Below, in pieces: positions 59,826 through 64,000 of a stretch of 64,000 nucleotides of DNA. A model generated the notes under the pieces. The model made no database searches. It saw only the letters and a list, made by a program, of their open reading frames with translations, and had not been told where the DNA came from. Within the stretch, counting starts at the first letter, position 1. Every line of letters starts with the position of its first letter. Both the position numbers and the translations under genes were made by a program. Source of the DNA: Candidatus Eiseniibacteriota bacterium (GTDB lineage Bacteria; Eisenbacteria; RBG-16-71-46; CAZEPH01); NCBI GenBank assembly GCA_044229145.1, contig JBGATO010000015.1, positions 1 to 64,000 on the forward strand. Reading direction: 5' to 3'.

Positions 59826-61080
59826 GGTCGAGAACGCCGAACCGGCGCAGCACCGCGAGCGTGCGTTCGGTGGCACCACGCACGCCCGCGACGGCGGCCT
59901 GTGCCGCGGCGCCAGCCGCGTCGCGCGCCGCGGTATCGACGAGCCACTCGGTCCACACCGCGGCGAGCGCCTCCGCACCATCCACTCGGCGCGCGCCCCC
60001 CGCCTCGAGAAGCAAATTCGCGGCGTCCGCGCAACTGGTCGTCGACTGCCCGAATGCTACTGGCACGCCGCTCAACGCTGGTTCGCCAACATTGTGGCCC
60101 CCGAACGGGCGCAGCGTCCCGCCGACGAAAGCGGCCACCGCGACGGCATACGCGGGCGCCAACTCGCCCAACGTATCCAGCAGGACGATGTCGACGTCGT
60201 CGGAGAGCGGCGCGGCAGCCGCAGCCGTGCGGCGCACCACGCGAGCCTCCGGCCACGCCGTGCGCACCGCGGCCTCGGCCTCATCGACCCGCTCCAGATG
60301 ACGTGGCGCCACCACCACTCGCACGCCCGGGACCCGCGCCGCGACCAGGCGAGCCGCGCGGAGAACCGTGTCCTCCTCGCCCGGACGTGTCGACCCTGCG
60401 ACCACGACCGGACGCCCACCCGCGCGCAGCCACCGCGCCACCGGCGCGTCGTCGGTGGCCCCCGCGTCCTGATCCCACTTCATGTTGCCGGTGACCTCCA
60501 CACGCGCAGCAGGGGCACCGATCTCGAGGAATCGCTCCGCGTCGTCGCCGGATTGCGCCGCAATGCAGGCGACGTGCGCGAGAGGCTCGCGCAGCCAGAC
60601 ACCCAACCGTCGGTACGCTGCACACGAGCGCGCCGACATGCGCGCGTTGACGAACGCGACCGGCACACCGGCTCGATGCGCGGCACGCAGCAGTCCGGGC
60701 CACAGTTCGGTTTCGGCGATCACCAGCGCCCGCGGCCTCACCTGCCGCATGACGCGCGCGGGCACACCCCACGCGTCCACCGGTGCGAGGCGCACGTGCG
60801 CCGACGGCACCGCGGCCGCAGCGCGTGCGCGTCCGGTCACCGTTTGCGTCGTCCACAACAGCGGGCGCGGCTGCCACGCGCGGGCCAGTGGCGTTACCGC
60901 GTTGACCTCGCCCACCGACGCCGCGTGGAGCCAGAGCGCGTGTGCGGGAACCCCGGACGGGACCGACCAGCGCTCTCCGAGGTCATCGCGTCCTTGCGCC
61001 TGGCGCACGGCGCCCCACGGAGCAACGCAGAGGCTCGCCGCCGCGGCCACCACCGCGTAGACGGCGCTCGAGGCGCTCAC
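59815..61080 (-). CDS. waaA: 3-deoxy-D-manno-octulosonic acid (Kdo) transferase
   Basis: WLHAASVGE, ETELWP, NARMS, TGNMKWD, AGST.PGEE, APRHLER, DTLGEL, GGHN..EPA. Confidence 0.93.
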   Translation of the reverse strand: MSASSAVYAVVAAAASLCVAPWGAVRQAQGRDDLGERWSVPSGVPAHALWLHAASVGEVNAVTPLARAWQPRPLLWTTQTVTGRARAAAAVPSAHVRLAPVDAWGVPARVMRQVRPRALVIAETELWPGLLRAAHRAGVPVAFVNARMSARSCAAYRRLGVWLREPLAHVACIAAQSGDDAERFLEIGAPAARVEVTGNMKWDQDAGATDDAPVARWLRAGGRPVVVAGSTRPGEEDTVLRAARLVAARVPGVRVVVAPRHLERVDEAEAAVRTAWPEARVVRRTAAAAAPLSDDVDIVLLDTLGELAPAYAVAVAAFVGGTLRPFGGHNVGEPALSGVPVAFGQSTTSCADAANLLLEAGGARRVDGAEALAAVWTEWLVDTAARDAAGAAAQAAVAGVRGATERTLAVLRRFGVLDHAD

Positions 61081-61799
61081 CCGCGCGTCGCCACCGTCCG
61101 CGCGACCCGCCGCGCGTCCTCGAGCCCCGCTTGCACGCGGACCCGCGCGGCCTCGGCGCTCTCGGCGTCGACCACGATCGGCCGCCCGTAGGCCACGACG
61201 ACGCGCGCCCCCGGCCACGGCAATCGCGTGCGGTCCCACGTGCCAAATTCCCACGCATGATTCGCGGCAAATCCGACCGGGACGATCTCGAGCCCGGCGC
61301 GGCGCGCCACCTCGATCACACCGAATCCGACGTGCTCGGGCGGACCGAGCGGACCGTCTGGCGTCACTGCGAGGTCGTGCCCGCCGCGCGCCAACCGCGA
61401 GAGCGCGAACACGGCGCGCGCGCCTCCGCGCCGCGTGCTGCCGCGCACTACCGGATATCCGAGCACCTGCAGGGCGACCGACACGCGTTCCCCATCACGG
61501 TGCTGGCTGGCGAGCACCGCCGGAGCGAGTTCGCCGTGCGTGGCGGCCGCGATGATGGCATCGGCATGCCACAAGACGTAGAGACGCCGCACCCGCGGAT
61601 CGCGCCGCGGCGCGGCGCGCAGCGTCGTGCCATCCGCGCCGACCCGCTGGACGGCCCAGGAGGCGCGGAATGCACGCACGACGGCGGCAATCGCGCGGCC
61701 GGTGACAGACGGTTCTCGCGCGTCCCACGCATCGCTGGCGGCGCGCCCGGCGGCACTCCACGGCCAGGCTGCGGTGCGCGCCCATTCCTGCGGGCTCAT
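61077..61799 (-). CDS. DUF374 / lysophospholipid-acyltransferase-like protein (LpxJ-like)
   Basis: WH, S.H.DGE, RGST.RGG, TPDGP.GP, WDR..LP.P. Located between lpxB and waaA. Confidence 0.8.
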   Translation of the reverse strand: MSPQEWARTAAWPWSAAGRAASDAWDAREPSVTGRAIAAVVRAFRASWAVQRVGADGTTLRAAPRRDPRVRRLYVLWHADAIIAAATHGELAPAVLASQHRDGERVSVALQVLGYPVVRGSTRRGGARAVFALSRLARGGHDLAVTPDGPLGPPEHVGFGVIEVARRAGLEIVPVGFAANHAWEFGTWDRTRLPWPGARVVVAYGRPIVVDAESAEAARVRVQAGLEDARRVARTVATRG

Positions 61800-62953
61800 G
61801 CCGGCGCCGCCTCGCGCCGGCGCAGGAGGTCGAACGCGAGCTCCGCTGTCTTCGTCGACGCTCCGGCCCCGCCGAGCGCGCGCCGCACCTCGGCGAGATC
61901 CGCCAACATCGCCGTCCGCGCCGGCGTGTCCTCGAGCAGCGGCAGAACCTGCGGCACCACCACCGACGGCGTGAGCTCGGCCTGGAGGCATTCGGGAATC
62001 GCCGCGCGACCGAGTACGAAGTTCGGCAACCCGATATACGGCAGCGTGACGACGCGGCGCGCGAACTCCCACGTGATCCGCGACACGCGATACACGATGA
62101 CCATCGGGCAGCCCCAATACGCCGCCTCGAGCGTCGCCGTCCCCGAGGCGATGACCGCGGCACGCGCGTGACGCATCAACGCATAGGTGGCACCGCGCAC
62201 CACGTGAATTTCCGCGCCGCCGGCCCGCGGTCGCAGATACGGGTCGATCAGTGACGGCAAAATGGTATCCGCGACTCCGAGCGCGAACACGACATCCGGC
62301 CGGGCGCGCTGCAGGGCATCGGCGATGTCGACCAGCGCCGGCAGGATGCGGCTGACCTCCGCTTTGCGGCTGCCGGGCAGCAGCGCGACCACCGGGCGAT
62401 CGCCACGCAGCGCCTCGGGCAACAGCGCTGGATCGGCCGCGACCTCTTCGAGTTCCTCGACCACCGGATGCCCGACGAACGCGGCGTCCACACCGCCCTC
62501 GCGATACAAGGTCTCCTCGAAGGGAAAGATGACCGCCAGGCGGTCCACGCAGCGCTGAATGGTGCGAATCCGGCCGCGCCACCACGCCCAAATCTGGGGC
62601 CCGATGTAGTAGAGCACCGGCACGTCGTGCTTGCGCGCGAGCGCCGCCAATCGCAGGTTGAACCCCGGATAATCGACGGCGATGAACAACGACGGCTTCT
62701 CGGTGCGGAACAAGCCCCGGAAAGTCTGGTAGCACGACCAAATCTTCGGCAGCCGCGTGAGCACTTCGGTCAGTCCGACCACCGACAGGCGCCGCATCGG
62801 CACGGCGATCTCGACGCCGGCGCGCTCCATCTCGCTGCCCCCCATCCCGATCAGCCGCACGTGCGGATCGGCGGCGCGCAGACGTCGCGCCAACTGCGCG
62901 GCGTGCAGATCGCCGGATGCCTCGCCGGCGGAGATGAGGATGGTGCGGCTCAC
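61796..62953 (-). CDS. lpxB: Lipid-A-disaccharide synthase
   Basis: AGEASGD, VDYPGFN, PQIWAW, IFPFE, FVGHP, LLPGSR..E, SGTATLE, IGLPN. Confidence 0.96.
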   Translation of the reverse strand: MSRTILISAGEASGDLHAAQLARRLRAADPHVRLIGMGGSEMERAGVEIAVPMRRLSVVGLTEVLTRLPKIWSCYQTFRGLFRTEKPSLFIAVDYPGFNLRLAALARKHDVPVLYYIGPQIWAWWRGRIRTIQRCVDRLAVIFPFEETLYREGGVDAAFVGHPVVEELEEVAADPALLPEALRGDRPVVALLPGSRKAEVSRILPALVDIADALQRARPDVVFALGVADTILPSLIDPYLRPRAGGAEIHVVRGATYALMRHARAAVIASGTATLEAAYWGCPMVIVYRVSRITWEFARRVVTLPYIGLPNFVLGRAAIPECLQAELTPSVVVPQVLPLLEDTPARTAMLADLAEVRRALGGAGASTKTAELAFDLLRRREAAPA

Positions 62954-63951
62954 GACAGCGGTGCGGTGATCTGGCGTTGCGCGTCCTGCATCAACTGGCG
63001 GATGCGCAGCGCGAGCACGAGCGCGGCGCGCCCTTCTTCCCCACTCGGGCAGGTCGCAGCCTCGCCGCGGGCCGCCGCGATGAACGCGACGAGCTCATCC
63101 GCAAGCGCGTTGCGGGACTCCACGGTCAGCGGCACGCGGTGAATCGCGGTCGCCAGCATGGTCGGGTCGATGCCGCCGTTCATCGCCGCGGCCTGCAGCG
63201 CGAGCAGCGTGCGTTCGTCGCCGCGCTCGTACATCTCGACCTTGGCTTCGGCGCAATCGATCGACAGATAGGATTGCGGCTGGAAGATACGCAACTTGCG
63301 CACGCGGTCCTTCGACACGCGGCTCGCGGTGAGGTTCACGACCTGACCGCCGGCGAATTGCAGACGCGCGTTGGCGATGTCTTCGGTGCGCGACAATACC
63401 GGGATGCCCACCGCGTCGAGATGCACGAGCGGGTCCGGAATCATCGACAGCACCAGGTCGAGGTCGTGGATCATGAGGTCGAGCACCACGTCGACATCGA
63501 GTGCCCGCGGCTGGAATTGCGCGAGGCGATGGCCTTCGATGAACAGTGGCGCGGCGACGTGGCGCCGCGCCGCGACGACTGCCGGATTGAATCGCTCGAC
63601 GTGGCCGACCATCAGCGCCACCCGTGCCTTGCGCGCGGCGGCAATCATCGCGTCGGCTTCCTCGGCCGTCGCGGCAATCGGCTTCTCGACCAGCACGTGG
63701 CGATGGGCGCGCAACGCCGCGAGGGCCACTGAGGCATGCGAGACGGTCGGCACCGCGACGCTCACCGCGTCGACATCGTCGAGCAGCGCGTCGAGTTCGT
63801 CGTAGGCCCGTGTGCCGAATTCGGTGGCGATCGCCTGGGCCTTGGGGCGGTCGAGATCGAGCACGCCGGCCAGCGTGACATCGGATTGCGCGGCGTAGAG
63901 CCGCGCGTGGTGGCGTCCCAAATGTCCGACGCCGATGACGCCCACGCGCAC
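62950..63951 (-). CDS. Gfo/Idh/MocA oxidoreductase (GnnA-like UDP-GlcNAc 3-dehydrogenase candidate)
   Basis: GVIGVGHLG, VEKP, GHVERFNP, DVVLDLMIHDLD, DIANARL, TASRVS....RK.R. Located between lpxA and lpxB. Confidence 0.85.
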   Translation of the reverse strand: MRVGVIGVGHLGRHHARLYAAQSDVTLAGVLDLDRPKAQAIATEFGTRAYDELDALLDDVDAVSVAVPTVSHASVALAALRAHRHVLVEKPIAATAEEADAMIAAARKARVALMVGHVERFNPAVVAARRHVAAPLFIEGHRLAQFQPRALDVDVVLDLMIHDLDLVLSMIPDPLVHLDAVGIPVLSRTEDIANARLQFAGGQVVNLTASRVSKDRVRKLRIFQPQSYLSIDCAEAKVEMYERGDERTLLALQAAAMNGGIDPTMLATAIHRVPLTVESRNALADELVAFIAAARGEAATCPSGEEGRAALVLALRIRQLMQDAQRQITAPLS

Positions 63952-63974
63952 GGTGGGTCCTCCGAGGGGGCGGC

Positions 63975-64000
63975 CTACTTGGTGATGCCGCGCGCGGATT
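63975..64000 (-). CDS. lpxA: 3' end of a gene, probably lpxA (acyl-ACP--UDP-GlcNAc O-acyltransferase)
   Basis: The last codons read ...SARGITK*, matching the typical LpxA C-terminus S-x-R-G-I, and the context fits. Only 26 nt are visible. Confidence 0.5.

Overview
A GC-rich bacterial chromosomal segment in which every supportable gene (about 62) lies on the minus strand. A Bacteroidota-type bS22, a PorV-like barrel, a T9SS/FlgD-Ig C-terminal domain and lipid A genes suggest a diderm FCB-related lineage such as Eisenbacteria, Krumholzibacteriota or Latescibacterota (inference only). In transcription order (right to left) the window holds: a lipid A/LPS cluster (lpxA 3' end, GnnA-like oxidoreductase, lpxB, DUF374/LpxJ-like, waaA, lpxK, nadB, msbA, two GT9), asnS, a PstS-like/TPR/ExbB/ExbD/ExbD/TonB cluster plus a frameshifted second TonB, DedA, murJ, a Yip1-TolC-MacAB-type exporter with a CPBP protease, uvrA, tdh, two secreted cupredoxins, gcvT-H-PA-PB with a lipoate ligase, an Opp-type ABC system, a large parvulin PPIase, a TMEM165/GDT1 transporter, an 8-gene bacterial microcompartment (BMC) locus, sppA, a 30-aa bS22 missed by the ORF track, rnr, PilZ, PorV-like, tandem glgD-like/glgC, BON, TPR and a partial comEC. 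The three most notable observations are (1) a metabolosome locus with PduL, a CoA-acylating aldehyde dehydrogenase, two hexamers, a Cys-less PduT-like trimer and three pentamers but no signature enzyme, (2) two adjacent related cupredoxins with different C-termini (T9SS-type CTD versus a short 'VVPTAWAKIKALYK' tail, a candidate sorting signal), and (3) a TonB motor cluster with a PstS-like lipoprotein and no TonB-dependent receptor. No tRNA, rRNA, CRISPR array or mobile element was seen. Start codons were chosen by eye and many are approximate.
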